Of a stretch of 64,000 nt of DNA, positions 39,776-51,093 are shown in pieces. Both the position numbers and the translations under genes were made by a program. This DNA comes from an uncultured Candidatus Rokubacteria bacterium (GTDB lineage: Bacteria; Methylomirabilota; Methylomirabilia; Rokubacteriales; CSP1-6). Each line of letters starts with the position of its first letter. Position 1 is the stretch's first letter. Under the pieces are notes generated by a model. It was not told the DNA's origin, did not search any database, and saw only the letters and a program-made list of their open reading frames with translations. Where the stretch lies: contig CAVXJS010000019.1 in assembly GCA_963762145.1 (NCBI GenBank), positions 32,001 through 96,000 of the forward strand. The letters are read 5' to 3'.

Positions 39776-41077
39776 ATGCTTGACGCGCTGTGGTCGCGGC
39801 TGCTCGCCACCCTCGAAGGTCGGGTGCCGGCCGCCGCGCTGGAATCGTGGCTGCGGCCGTGCCGGCTCGTCGCGGCGGACGACGACCACCTGCGCGTCCT
39901 CGCGCCCAACCGGTACATGCGCGACTGGATCGGCCAGCACCACGCGAGCACGATCGAGGCCGCCGCGCGCGACCTGCTCGGGGCCGGCGCGCGGGTCTCT
40001 ATCGAGACGGACGCGGAGCCCGCGCCGGCCTCCGCGCGCTCCGAGCGCACCCCCGACGCGCCGGAACAGCTGACGCCCCGCTACACCTTCGAGTCCTTCG
40101 TGGTCGGCAGCTCCAACCAGTTCGCGCAGGCCGCGTGCCAGGCGGTCGCCGAGCTGCCGGGTACCGCCTACAGCCCGCTCTTCCTCTACGGGGGGGTCGG
40201 CCTCGGCAAGACCCATCTCCTTCACGCGGTGGGTCACGAGATGGCGCGCCTCCACCCCACGCTGCGCATGCTCTACCTGTCGTCGGAGCGCTTCACCAAC
40301 GAGCTCATCAATGCCATCCGCTACGATCGCACCGGCGAGTTCCGGGCGAAGTACCGGAGCATCGACCTCCTGCTCATCGACGACATCCAGTTCATCGCGG
40401 GCAAGGAGCGCACCCAGGAGGAGTTCTTCCATACCTTCAACGATCTGTACGAGGGCCACAAGCAGATCGTGGTGTCCTCCGACTCCACGCCCAAGGAGAT
40501 CCCCGAGCTGGAGGAGCGACTGCGCTCCCGCTTCGAGTGGGGCCTGGTCGCGGACATCCAGCCGCCCGACTTCGAGACCCGGGTGGCCATCCTCAAGAAG
40601 CGCGCCGAGCGCGAGCGGGTCCAGCTGCCCGACGACGTGGCCTATCTGATGGCGAGCCGCATCAAGACCAACATCCGCGAGATCGAGGGCTCGCTCACGC
40701 GGATGGTCGCGTTCTGCTCCCTGACCGGCCGCGAGATGAGCGTGGACGTCGCCCAGGAGGTCCTCTCCGAGCTCTGGGGCGCGGACGAGAAGGTCATCAC
40801 GATCGAGCACATCCAGCGTACGGTGTCGGGGTTCTTCGGTCTCAAGCTGGCCGACATGCGCACGAGAAGCCGGACGAAGGCGGTGGCCTTCCCGCGCCAG
40901 ATCGCGATGTACTTCGCCCGTCAGCTCACGCACGCCTCGCTCACCGAGGTGGGACGCGCCTTCGACAAGGACCACACCACCGTGCTCCACGCGGTGACCA
41001 AGATCGAGGCGATGATCCGGGAGGACGCGAAGTTCAAGAAGACCGTCGATACGCTCGCCGAGAGCGTGGCCCGGTAG
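39776..41077 (+). CDS. dnaA: Chromosomal replication initiator DnaA (in non-canonical context)
   Basis: YTFESFVVGSSN, Walker A GGVGLGKTHL, Walker B LLIDDIQF, RLRSRFEWGL, domain IV RQIAMY...DHTTVLHA. Confidence 0.96.
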   Translation: MLDALWSRLLATLEGRVPAAALESWLRPCRLVAADDDHLRVLAPNRYMRDWIGQHHASTIEAAARDLLGAGARVSIETDAEPAPASARSERTPDAPEQLTPRYTFESFVVGSSNQFAQAACQAVAELPGTAYSPLFLYGGVGLGKTHLLHAVGHEMARLHPTLRMLYLSSERFTNELINAIRYDRTGEFRAKYRSIDLLLIDDIQFIAGKERTQEEFFHTFNDLYEGHKQIVVSSDSTPKEIPELEERLRSRFEWGLVADIQPPDFETRVAILKKRAERERVQLPDDVAYLMASRIKTNIREIEGSLTRMVAFCSLTGREMSVDVAQEVLSELWGADEKVITIEHIQRTVSGFFGLKLADMRTRSRTKAVAFPRQIAMYFARQLTHASLTEVGRAFDKDHTTVLHAVTKIEAMIREDAKFKKTVDTLAESVAR

Positions 41078-41090
41078 AGGGAGTGCTCCG

Positions 41091-41375
41091 GTGACCGCGG
41101 CCGCCTACACGACCGAGGAGTTCGTGCGCCGCACGGTGGCGGGGCTGCTGCGGGGCCGGTACCGGGGCGGCGCGGTCTGCTCGCGCTGCCTCGTGGGGAT
41201 GACGCTCGAATGCCTGCACGCGGGATGGCGGAGGTCCGAGATCGAGCACGCGATGGAGAAGGTGTTCGCCGCCCCCGGGGCGCTCGGCCGCGAGTCGGGC
41301 GGGCCCTGCGCGCGCTGCAAGCGCCCGGAGCCGTGCATCGGCGCGCCCGCGTCCCCGCCCCTGGGCTCGCTCTAG
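41091..41375 (+). CDS. Small Cys4 protein, putative Zn-binding winged helix (paralog of 51385-51651)
   Basis: GGGAG RBS, 13 nt after dnaA; CSRC...CARC...PC. Confidence 0.7.
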   Translation: MTAAAYTTEEFVRRTVAGLLRGRYRGGAVCSRCLVGMTLECLHAGWRRSEIEHAMEKVFAAPGALGRESGGPCARCKRPEPCIGAPASPPLGSL

Positions 41376-41379
41376 CCGC

Positions 41380-44300
41380 TCAGCCGAGCACGACCCGGAC
41401 GCGGCGCGTGGCCCCGTCGCCGATCAGGGGGATGCCGGCGGCGGGGGAGTGGAGGGGGACGCCGTCGACGTCCACGGTCGAGACGCCGCGGGTCACCCCC
41501 TGCGGGTTCTCGACCGAGATCTCGTAGCGCGAGGCGTGATAGCGGAACGCGATCTCGAAGCGCGGCCACGCGCGCGGGATGCACGGGTCGAGATGGAGCA
41601 CCGCCGCCGCGCAGGCGGAAGCCGAGGAGCCACTCGAGCCCGGCGCGGTACATCCAGCCCGCCGAGCCGGTGTACCAGGTCCAGCCGCCGCGCCCGACGT
41701 GCGGCGGCTCGGCGTAGACGTCGGCGGCGACGACGTAGGGCTCGACCTTGTAGCGGTGGACGCCCGGCCCGGGTGCTCGTGCGGTTGATCGGGTTCAGGA
41801 TCGAGAACAGCTCGGCGGCCCGGTCGCCGTCGCCGAGCGCGGCGAAGGCCATGACCGACCAGATCGCGGCGTGGGTGTACTGGCCGCCGTTCTCGCGGAC
41901 GCCCGGCAGGTAGCCCTTGATGTAGCCGGGATCGAGCGGGCGTCTGGTCGAACGGCGGGGTGAAGAGCAGGACGAGCTCCGTCGCTCGCGCCGGACGAGG
42001 TGCTCCTCGACCGCGGCCATGGCGCGCGCCGCGCGCGCCGGGCTCGGCGGCCCCCGAGATGACCGCCCAGGACTGGGCGATCGAGTCGATGCGGCACTCG
42101 GCGTTCGACGGCCGAGCCGAGCGGCGTGCCGTCGTCGAAGTAGGCGCGCCGGTACCAGTCGCCGTCCCAGGCGTGCTGCTCGAGCGCCGTCTTGAGGCGA
42201 GCGGCGTGGGCCCGCCAGCGCTCGGCGCGCGCGCGGCTCGCCGCGGGCGTCGGCCAGCGCGCGCGAACTCCCAGAGGGTCGTGTGCAGGAACCAGCCGAG
42301 CCAGACGCTCTCGCCCTCGGCCCTCGCGGCCGACCCGGTTCATGCCGTCGTTCCAGTCGCCGGTGCCCATCAGCGGCAGGCCGTGGGCGCCGACGGCCAG
42401 GCTGCGGTCGAGCGCGCGCGCGCAGTGCTCGAAGAGCGTGCCGCTCCTCGGCGGAGACGCTGGGCTCGAAGTAGGCGTCGTCCTCGCCCGGCGGCGAGCG
42501 GCGGGCCCTCGAGGAACGGCACCGCCTCGTCGAGGACGCGCGCGTCGCCGGTGACCTCGCAGGTAGTGCGACGACCGCGAAGGGCAGCCAGAGCGAGATC
42601 GTCGGAGATCCGGGTGCGGACGCCGCGGCCGGACGGCGGATGCCACCAGTGCTGGACGTCGCCCTCGACGAACTGCCGGGCGGCGGCGCGCAGCAGGTGC
42701 TCGCGCGCGAGCTCGCGCCGCGCGACCGCGAGCGCCATCACGTCCTGGAGCTGGTCGCGGAAGCCGTAGGCGCCGCCGGCCTGGTAGAAGGCGGAGCGCG
42801 CCCAGACCCGGCAGGCGAGCGTCTGGTAGAGCAGCCAGCGGTTCAGCAGCAGGTCCATGGAGCGGTCCGGCGTCTTCACCTGGACGGCGCCGAGCGATGT
42901 CGTCCCACTGGGTCGTGACGTCCTTCAGGGCGAGCGTCGACATCCGCGGCGCGATAGCGGACGACCAGCGCGCGCGCGGCCTCCACGGGTCGTCGCCCTG
43001 GCCGAGCAGGAAGACGACCTCGTCCCGCGGCGCCGGGGCGCAGCTCGACGCCGTCTGGAGCGCCGCGCACGGGATCGAGCCCGGCGCCGACCCGCCCGGA
43101 CAGCGCGGTCCCGCGCTCCAGCGCCGCCGGATGGTCGAGCGTGCCGTTGCGGCCGAGGAACTCCGCGCGGTCGGCCGTCCAGGCGGTCTGCCGGCCGCGG
43201 AGGTCGGCGAACGCGACGCGGCCCGCGAACTCGGCGTTCCAGGCGTTGCGGGCGAGCAGCGCCCCGGTCGCGGGGTCGATCTCGGTGACGATGAACGGCG
43301 CGGTCGCGCTGCGCGAGGCGCCCAGCACCCACTCGACGTAGGCGGTCACCGAGAGGCGCCGCGGCCGTGCCGGACCGGTTCTCGAGCGTCAGCCGCGAGA
43401 TCTTGACCGGATCGTCGGGCGGGACGAACTGCAGGAGCTCCAGCGCGATGCCGTGCGAGGTGTGCTCGAAGCGGCTGTAGCCCTGCCCGTGCCGGGCGAC
43501 GTAGGGGGACGCGTCCTCGCGGATCGGCAGAGCGTCGGGCCCCACAGCGCGCCGGTCTCCTCGTCGCGGACGTAGAGCGCCTCGCCCGGCGGGTCGCTGA
43601 CCGGGTCGTTCGACCACGGCGTGAGCTGGTTCTCGCGGCTGTTCACCGCCCAGGTGTACCCGGCCCCGGACTCCGAGACCTGGAAGCCGAAGCGGGGGTT
43701 GGCGACGACGTTGATCCAGGGCGCCGGCGTCCACTGCCCCTCGCCGAGGACGGTCACGTACTCGCGGCCGTCCGTCCGCGAAGCCGCCGAGGCCGTTGAA
43801 GAACTCGAGCTCGAGGCGCGGCGGGCGGCGCCTGCGCGGCCGCCGCGGCCCTGATCGGCCGCGGCGCGGGAAGGGCCGCGGCCGGCGAGCCGACTCGGCG
43901 CGCGCGAGCTGCTCCGCGAGCGTGCCGTGGCGGCTCAGCGAGCACGGCCCGGGCCGCCGACTGCAGGAGCCGCGTGGTCCGTGGCCGAGAGCAGGTTCGT
44001 CGCGCAGGATGAAGACGCCGCCGTGCGGCCGCGCTGCGCTCGGGCCGGGGCGCCGACTGGCTCGTCCGCACCAGGGCCTCGAGGGCGGTCTGGAGGTCCT
44101 GGACGTAGGAGTGCGCCTTCTCGTTCAGGATCACGAGATCGACCGCCAGCCCCTTCAGGCGCCAGTACTCGTGCGCGCGGAGGAGCTGGCGGACGATGCC
44201 GCGGTCCTCCGGCCTCGTCGATGCGCACGAGGACGATCGGCAGGTCGCCGGAGATGCCGTGGGCCCAGAGGGCCGACGGGCCGGCGCGTGTTCCGCCGCA

Positions 44301-47300
44301 GCACGTCCGGCGCGGCGCGCAGCGCGGGATCGGAGTACAGGACGCGGCTGGCGAGTCGCTGGAAGAGGTGGGCCTCGTCGCGGCTCGATGCCCAGGTGGT
44401 GGAGCTGGACCTGCGCCTGGGTCCAGGCCAGGGTGACGGTCGCGCTCGAAGGTCGCCGGGTCGCGGTACTTGTCGGCCAGGGCCGAGCGCGGCCTCGCGT
44501 GACGGCGCGACCAGCGTCGAGAAGATGAGCCGGGCGCGCTCGCCCGGGGCGAGCCGGATCCGGCGCCGCAGGCTGAAGATCGGGTCGAGCACCGCGCCCG
44601 CGGTGTTCGACAGGGGCCGACCGTCGATGACGGACATCGGGGTGCGGATCGCTGCGGCCGCGGCCCAGGAAGCGGGCGCGGTCGGTCTCGTACTGGGCGC
44701 CGCCCGCGGGCTGGCCTTCCACCGCGACGACGTGGGCGGCCCAGACCGCGGTCTCCGCCGGCGAGCGCGCGCGGCGCGTGGCGAGCAGCGCGCCGAGGTC
44801 GGCGACGAACTCGGTCTGGACGAACAGGTTGGAGAAGGCGGGGTGGGCCGCGTCGGCCGCCGGCGGGGCGAGCACGAGCTCGGCGTAGGAGGTGAGCTCG
44901 AGCTCCCTGACCCGCGTCACCCCGGTTCGTGACCGAGACCCGGCGGACCTCGGCGTCGTCCTCGGGCGAGACGACGACCTCGAGCGCGGTCGCGATCGTG
45001 CCGTCCCGCCGATGGAACTCCGCGCGGTCCTCCGAGAAGGTCGACGTCGGTAGACGGTCGGCTCGACGCCGGTCGGCTGGTACGCCGGCCGACCAGACCG
45101 CGCCGCTCTCGACGTCGCGCAGGAAGACGTAGGTGCCCCACGGTCCCGCGTCGCGTCCTCCCGCCAGCGCGTGACGCCGAGGCCGGCGCAGCGGCTGTAG
45201 CCCGAGCCCGCGGTGGTCAGCATCACCGCGTAGCGGCCGTTGGAGAGCAGGTGCGTGCGGGGAGCCGGCTCGTGGGGCGTGGTGAAGCGGCGGAAGACGG
45301 GCTCCACGAACTCGCGGACGTGCGCCGGCACGTCCACTTCCTCGAGCGCGGGGGCGGGTGACCGCGACGTCGCGGGGCACGCGCTCCTGCAGGAGCAGCT
45401 CGGTGGCCTGGACCATGGGCTCGGCGTGGAACCGTGCGCGCATGATCCCGTCGTGGAGCACGTTGGCCAGGGCGACGAGGGTCATGCCCTGGTGGTGGGC
45501 CATGTAGGCGCGCACGATCGCCACCGTCGCGCCGTCCGGCACGCCGCGACGGCGTGTAGTCGAGGGCCTCGTAGAAGCCGTAGGGCCCGCGCGCCCCCAC
45601 CGCGGCGAGCGCGGACGAAGTTCCGCGCCGCCGCGACCGGGTCGACCATCGCGGCGAGCGCGGTCGCGTAGGGGGCCACCACCAGGTCCTCGCCCAGGCC
45701 GCGCTTGAGGCCGAGGCCCGGCACGCCGAAGTTCGAGTACTGGTAGGTGAGATCCAGGTCGCGGACGTTGTAGGCCGACTCGGAGACGCCCCACGGCACG
45801 CCGTGCTCGGCGCCGTAGCTGATCTGGCGCTGGACCACGAGCCGGCCCGTGTGCTCGAGGAGGCTGCTGACGGGGGCCTCCATCACGAGCGCGGGCATCA
45901 GGTACTCGAACATCGAGCCCGACCAGGACACCAGCACCGACCCGCGCCCGACCGGGGTCATCGGGCGGCCGAGGTGGAACCAGTGCGAGACGGGCACGTC
46001 GCCCTTGGCGATGGCGATGAAGCTCGCGAGGCGCGCTTCCGAGGCCAGGAGATCGTAGGCGCTGCTGTCGAGGCTGCCGTCCGCGACCCGGTAGCCGATC
46101 GAGAAGAGCTTGCGGGTCGGGTCGAAGAGGAAGCCGAACTGCATGGCCTCGAAGAGCTCGGTGGCGGCGCGCGCGACGCCCAGGAGGCGGCCGGCGAGCG
46201 CGCGGGCGGCGGCGGCGGATCGCGCCAGGCTCTCGATGAGCGCGTCGATGCGCGCGATCGGCGCCGCCGCCGGGTCGGCGGCCGCGCGGAGGGCGGCGTC
46301 GCGGGCGGCGGTCAGCTCGTCCATCGCGGCGTGGCACCGCTCGGGCAGGTCGGCCGGGCTGGGCGGTGAGGAGAAGAGCCGGGTGAGCGCGCTCGCGACC
46401 TCGGGCGGCGTGTCCGCGGTGTCGGCCCAGGGGAGCAGCGTGGCCACGTCGCGCTCGTGGCTGGCGAGGGTGGCGCGGGCCGCCTGGGCCCAGGCCAGGA
46501 CGCCGGCGCCCTCGCCGCTGGTCGCCAGGACGTGCGAGATGTCCACCAGGGTGTCGGCGTACCCCGCGAGTCGGCGGACGCGGGCGAGCGCGTCCGCCGG
46601 GCTGCCGGCGCCGTCGCGCAGCGCGGCGCCCAGGCCCTCAGCGCGCCTCGGCGAGCTGCGCGGACGGTCACGGTCTGGCTGCGGTGGCCGTCCGCGAGCT
46701 CGGTGGCGGCCTCCCCGGCGAGACGGAGGGCGTCGTCGATGCCCGCGACGAGGTCCGGGTGCGGGAGCGGATCGCTGAATCGCGGCGCGGCACGCGTTGG
46801 CGAGGGCGAGGAGATGCGCGGCGAGGTTGCCGCTGTCGACCGTGGAGACGTAGCGCGGCTCGAGCGGGCGCAGCCCGGTCGTGTCGTACCAGTTGTAGAA
46901 GTGGCCGCGGAAGCGCTCCAGGCGGCGCATCGTCGCCAGGGTGGCCTCGAGGCGGTCCACCGTCTCGAGGAGGCCCAGCCAGCCGAAGTCCCGGGCCGAG
47001 ACCACCGCCAGCAGGTAGAGCCCGATGTTGGTGGGAGACGTGCGGTGCGCCAGGACCGGCCGGGGATCCTCCTGGAAGTTGTCGGGTGGCAGGAAGGTGT
47101 CGTCGTGTCCGACGAACGCCTCGAAGAAGCGCCACGTCCGCCGCGCGGTCGAGCGGAGGACGACCGAGTCCTCCGGGGAGAGCCGTCGCTGGAGCGACGG
47201 GGCGGGCGGACGGCTGACCCGACGGGCCACCGCGGGCGAGAGGCTCCAGAGCAGGAGGAAGGGCGCGGCCACCGCGAGGCTGCTCGGCCGGAGCAGGACG

Positions 47301-50189
47301 ACGAGAGCGCCCGCCGTCGCGGCGAGGATGAGCGCCCCGCCCATGCGCCGGTACACGCCGCTGAGTCCCGGGAGAGATCCGATTTGGTCTGCGCGGCGGT
47401 CGTCCATTCCAGCAGCCGGCGGCGCGTGAGGTACAGGCGGAGGAGGGTCCGCCCGATCGCGTCACTCATGAGCCACGCCTGGTGGGCGAGGAAGGTGACG
47501 GCGAGCGTGATCTGGGCCGCCGCGATCGTGAAGGTCCGCCCGACGCTGCGAAGGTGGGTTCGCTTGGAGATGCCCGCCCGCTTCGGCATGAGCTCGTCGA
47601 TCGCGGGGAGCAGGGACGGCAGCGCGATGGTGGCGAGCACGAAGCGTGGTCCACACGAGGGGGAGGCCGTGCGGGAGCAGCCAGCCGACGATCAGGGTGA
47701 GCCCGGCGGCGGGCGCCGACAGGGTCCGGCGGAGATTGTCGGTGATCTTCCACAGGCCGACGAGCGGGATCCAGGTCGGGCGCGCCCCCGCGCGGATGTC
47801 GCCCCGGATCATCCAGGGAAGGAGCTGCCAGTCGCCGCGCGCCCAGCGGTACTGGCGTCCGGCCGCGACCTCGTAGTCGGTGGGGAACTCCTCGAAGAGC
47901 TCGACGTCGGTGACGAGTCCCGCGCGCGCGAAGATTCCCTCGAAGAGATCGTGGCTGAGGAGCGCGTTCTCGGGGACGCGATCCGCGAGGGCCGCGGTGA
48001 ACGCGGCCACGTCGTAGATGCCCTTGCCGGTGTACGAGCCCTCGCCGAAGAGGTCCTGGTAGACGTCGGAGGTCGCGGTGGCGTAGGGATCGATCCCGGC
48101 CGGGCCGGCGAAGATCCGCTGGAAGAGCGAGCGGTCGCGATCCGGGGGGATCGTGGGCGTGATCCGCGGCTGCAGGATCGCGTAGCCGTCCACCACGCGT
48201 CCCGCGCGGGCGTCGAAGACGGGCCGGTTCAGCGGGTGCGCCATCGTGCCGACGAGGCGATTGACCGCGCCGCGCGGCAGGCGGGTGTCCGCGTCGAGGG
48301 TGATGACGTAGCGGACCCCGCTGGGCACCGCGGCGGCCGGCCCCGGCCGCGTCTCGAACGCCGGTCCGCCCGTGCCGGTCAGGAGCTGGTTCAGCTGCTC
48401 GAGCTTCCCGCGCTTGCGCTCCCAGCCCATCCACGTGCCCTCGCGCGCGTTCCAGACGCGCCGGCGATGGAGCAGGAGGAAGCGCGCGCCGCCGGGGAGC
48501 GCGGGGCCGCTGCGCGCGTTGAGCCGGGCGATGCCGTCCACCGCCAGCGCGAGGAGCCGATCGTCCTCCGGCGTGCGCTCCGCGGGCGCGTCCCGCCAGT
48601 CCGAGAGCAGGACGAAGTGAACGTGGCCGTCCGGGTTGGCGAGGTAGTGGATCTCCAGGCGGTTGATCTGCTCCTCGATCTCGGCCGCGCCGGTCAGGAG
48701 CGTGGGCACGACCACGAGAGTACGCATGCCCGCCGGCACGCCCTCGGCCAGCTCGAGGCGCGGGAGCGGGGTCGGACCGATCAGGCCCATGACCGCGCGA
48801 TTGATGAGGGCCAGCGCCAGATCGGAAGCCGGGATCAGCGCGAGGAGTCCGAGCAGGGCCAGGGCGCCGTGACTCATGCCCGCGGCGTACCCGGCCAGCA
48901 GCGGGAGGGCCAGGAGGAGGCCGGTCACGGTGGCGATGGTCGTCAGGTAGCCGGGTGTCGCGCCGGAGAGGAACACCCGGAGGAACCGCCGCCGCGGCGT
49001 CACGCGGTACCCGAGCTCGGCTTCCAGCACGCTCCGTCCCTGGGCGAGCAGGTAGTAGCCGGGATCGGTCGAGCGCGCCACGGGGGCCGCGTCGGTGCGC
49101 GGCGCGTGCCGCGGCCGCGCGCCGGGCGTGGGCCATCGCGAGCCGGGTGACGTCGAGCTCGGACCGCCCGGAGCCGCGCGCGAGGTCCTCGATCGCGTGA
49201 CGGTACTGATCGCGGGTGGCGAAGTCCATCGCGCGGAAGGTGCGGTTCGAGCGGAGCAGATCGTCCACCAGGCTGACGCTCTCGAAGAAGTCGGCCCAGT
49301 CGAAGGTGGCCATCATGCGCATGCTCGTGATCACGTTCCGGACGGTCACGTTCATGGCGGCCTGGTTCTGGTGCTCGAGCTGCACCAGCGCGTCGGCGGA
49401 GGTGCCGAGCGCGGTGAGCTGCTCGTCGAGCCACCGCAGCGTCGGAGTGGACTCGGGATCCTGCTCGCGCAGCCGCTGCACGAGATTCACCATGAAGGCG
49501 GGCGACAGGCGGGCGGCCTCGAACCGTTGGAAGGCGAGGGGGCGGCGGGTCCGCCCGCCGAGCCCGAGCAGCTCGTCGGCGAGCGCGTCGGCGCCGAGGC
49601 GCGCGGCCCGGCCGTTCACGATGCGCTCGGCCAGCCGGCGGAGGTTCTCCACGAGCACGAGGCGGACCGCAATCGGGATGGCCCAGAGCTCGCCGATGGT
49701 CAGAGGCTGCACGCGCTGGAATCGGCGCACGAAGCGCTGCAGCGTCTCGGGCTCCACGCGGCTGTCGGTGTGGGCGACGAACTCCCAGGCCAGGCCGAGG
49801 ACGCGCGGATATCCCTGCAGCGGCTCCTCCGCGAGCTTGGGAAGCTGGCGGTAAAATCCGCTCGGGAGGTCCTCGCGAATCTGCCGCACGGCCTCGTCCG
49901 CGACGTGGAAATTGTCGACGAACCATTCCGCGGCGGGCGTGAGCGCCCCTTCTTCCCGGATCACCGCCGCGATCTCTCGATAGCACTGCAGCAGGACGCG
50001 GCCGCTGTCCCGCGCCCGCGGCGAGAAGAGGCGCCCGGAGGTGCCGCCGGCCAGGACCGGCCGTCTCGCCACGCGCTCCGCGAGCTCCTCCAGGCGCTCG
50101 GGGCTCAGGAGCTCGGCCCGGATCGGCTCCTGGGACTCGCGTGAGAGGGGAGACGGGGCTGCGGGCGACCGGAAGTCTCGGAGACGCAT
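41380..50189 (-). CDS. ndvB: Cyclic beta-1,2-glucan synthase/phosphorylase (NdvB/ChvB-type: GT84 + glucoamylase-like + GH94), many frameshifts
   Basis: [84 protein letters not shown]. Confidence 0.9.
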
Positions 50190-50283
50190 GCGGCGCTCAG
50201 CCCTTCGAAGTCCACATCTGCGAATGAATGTACCACCGTATGAGGCAGAGGGTTGACCGAGGCGCGGTCGCGAGCGTTATCGC

Positions 50284-50312
50284 TTGACAGCGGGGGAAAC
50301 GGCCTGTAGGGT
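50284..50312 (+). promoter_or_regulatory. Sigma70 promoter of cspA
   Basis: TTGACA-N17-TAGGGT about 180 nt upstream of cspA. Confidence 0.65.
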
Positions 50313-50375
50313 GGATTCCGGTGCTGATTCACCCGGCTTTCGGTAGCAGCGAGCAGACGAAGACGATTCGCGACT

Positions 50376-50413
50376 AACGCCGCGCGGGTATCGACCGCTC
50401 GGCGTTTTTGTTT
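50376..50413 (+). terminator. Terminator-like hairpin inside the cspA 5' leader
   Basis: AACGCCG-C-GCGG-loop-CCGC-T-CGGCGTT followed by TTTGTTT. Confidence 0.65.
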
Positions 50414-50494
50414 GTCCTCCACTCCTGGAGGGCGCCCCCGCCATGGTGGCGGGGTTTCACGGAGGCGAAAGCCTCAGAATAAGAGGTCGGTTCA

Positions 50495-50695
50495 ATGGCA
50501 CAGGGCACGGTCAAGTGGTTCAACGATGCGAAGGGTTACGGCTTCATTACCCAGGAGGGTGGCGAGGACGTCTTCGTGCATTTCAATGCCATTCAGGCCC
50601 AGGGCTTCAAGAGCCTGGCCGAGGGCGACAAGGTCGAGTTCGAAGTGACCAAGGGCCCCAAGGGGCTCCAGGCCGCGAACGTTCGGAAGGCCTAG
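50495..50695 (+). CDS. cspA: Cold-shock protein
   Basis: [15 protein letters not shown] (RNP1), DVFVHF (RNP2), 66 aa. Confidence 0.97.
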   Translation: MAQGTVKWFNDAKGYGFITQEGGEDVFVHFNAIQAQGFKSLAEGDKVEFEVTKGPKGLQAANVRKA

Positions 50696-50710
50696 CGAGA
50701 ACTCCGCGTC

Positions 50711-50753
50711 AAAACGAAGGCCGGGTCCCCGAAAAAGGGGGCCCGGCCTTTTT
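50711..50753. terminator. Intrinsic terminator, probably bidirectional
   Basis: AAGGCCGGGTCCCC-GAAAAA-GGGGGCCCGGCCTT-TTT with an upstream A-run, between convergent genes. Confidence 0.85.
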
Positions 50754-50765
50754 CATGTCCGGGAC

Positions 50766-50924
50766 CTAGGCTTCCCGATCGGTGGCCAGGCGGCCCCACT
50801 TCTTCTTCGAGAAGTTGAAGAGCCACACGGTGCCGGCTGAATCCAGCGCGTACAGCAGGGTCGGGGAGAGCGGGGCCACCGTCGTGGTGATCTGGACGAA
50901 CTTGGGCTGTCCCTGCGGGTCCAT
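50766..50924 (-). CDS. Small hypothetical beta-rich protein (52 aa; paralog of 39425-39673)
   Basis: GAGGAG RBS; KFVQI...LYALDSAGTVWLF...W. Confidence 0.65.
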   Translation of the reverse strand: MDPQGQPKFVQITTTVAPLSPTLLYALDSAGTVWLFNFSKKKWGRLATDREA

Positions 50925-50980
50925 GGGGTCTCCTCTGTGCGAGGCGAGAGCGGGCGCGTCGAAGAAAGCGGCCGGGCCGC

Positions 50981-51024
50981 ATGCATATATGATATAAGTT
51001 AAATAACAATAAGAACGTATATTC
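50981..51024. promoter_or_regulatory. AT-rich divergent promoter/operator region
   Basis: ATGCATATATGATATAAGTTAAATAACAATAAGAACGTATATTC in a very GC-rich background. Confidence 0.55.
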
Positions 51025-51093
51025 TCGGTGCGTACTCCGGCCGCGCCCGCATCCGCAAGCACGTCGGCGATACGCCCGAGATATGGAGGCGCA

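Noticed and set aside
39673-41380. oriC adjacent to dnaA
   Set aside because: The intergenic gaps are short and GC-rich, with no DnaA-box cluster or DUE; only one weak 7/9 box.
50981-51024. AT-rich patch as a replication DUE
   Set aside because: No DnaA boxes or iterons seen nearby. Its position between divergent genes fits a promoter region.
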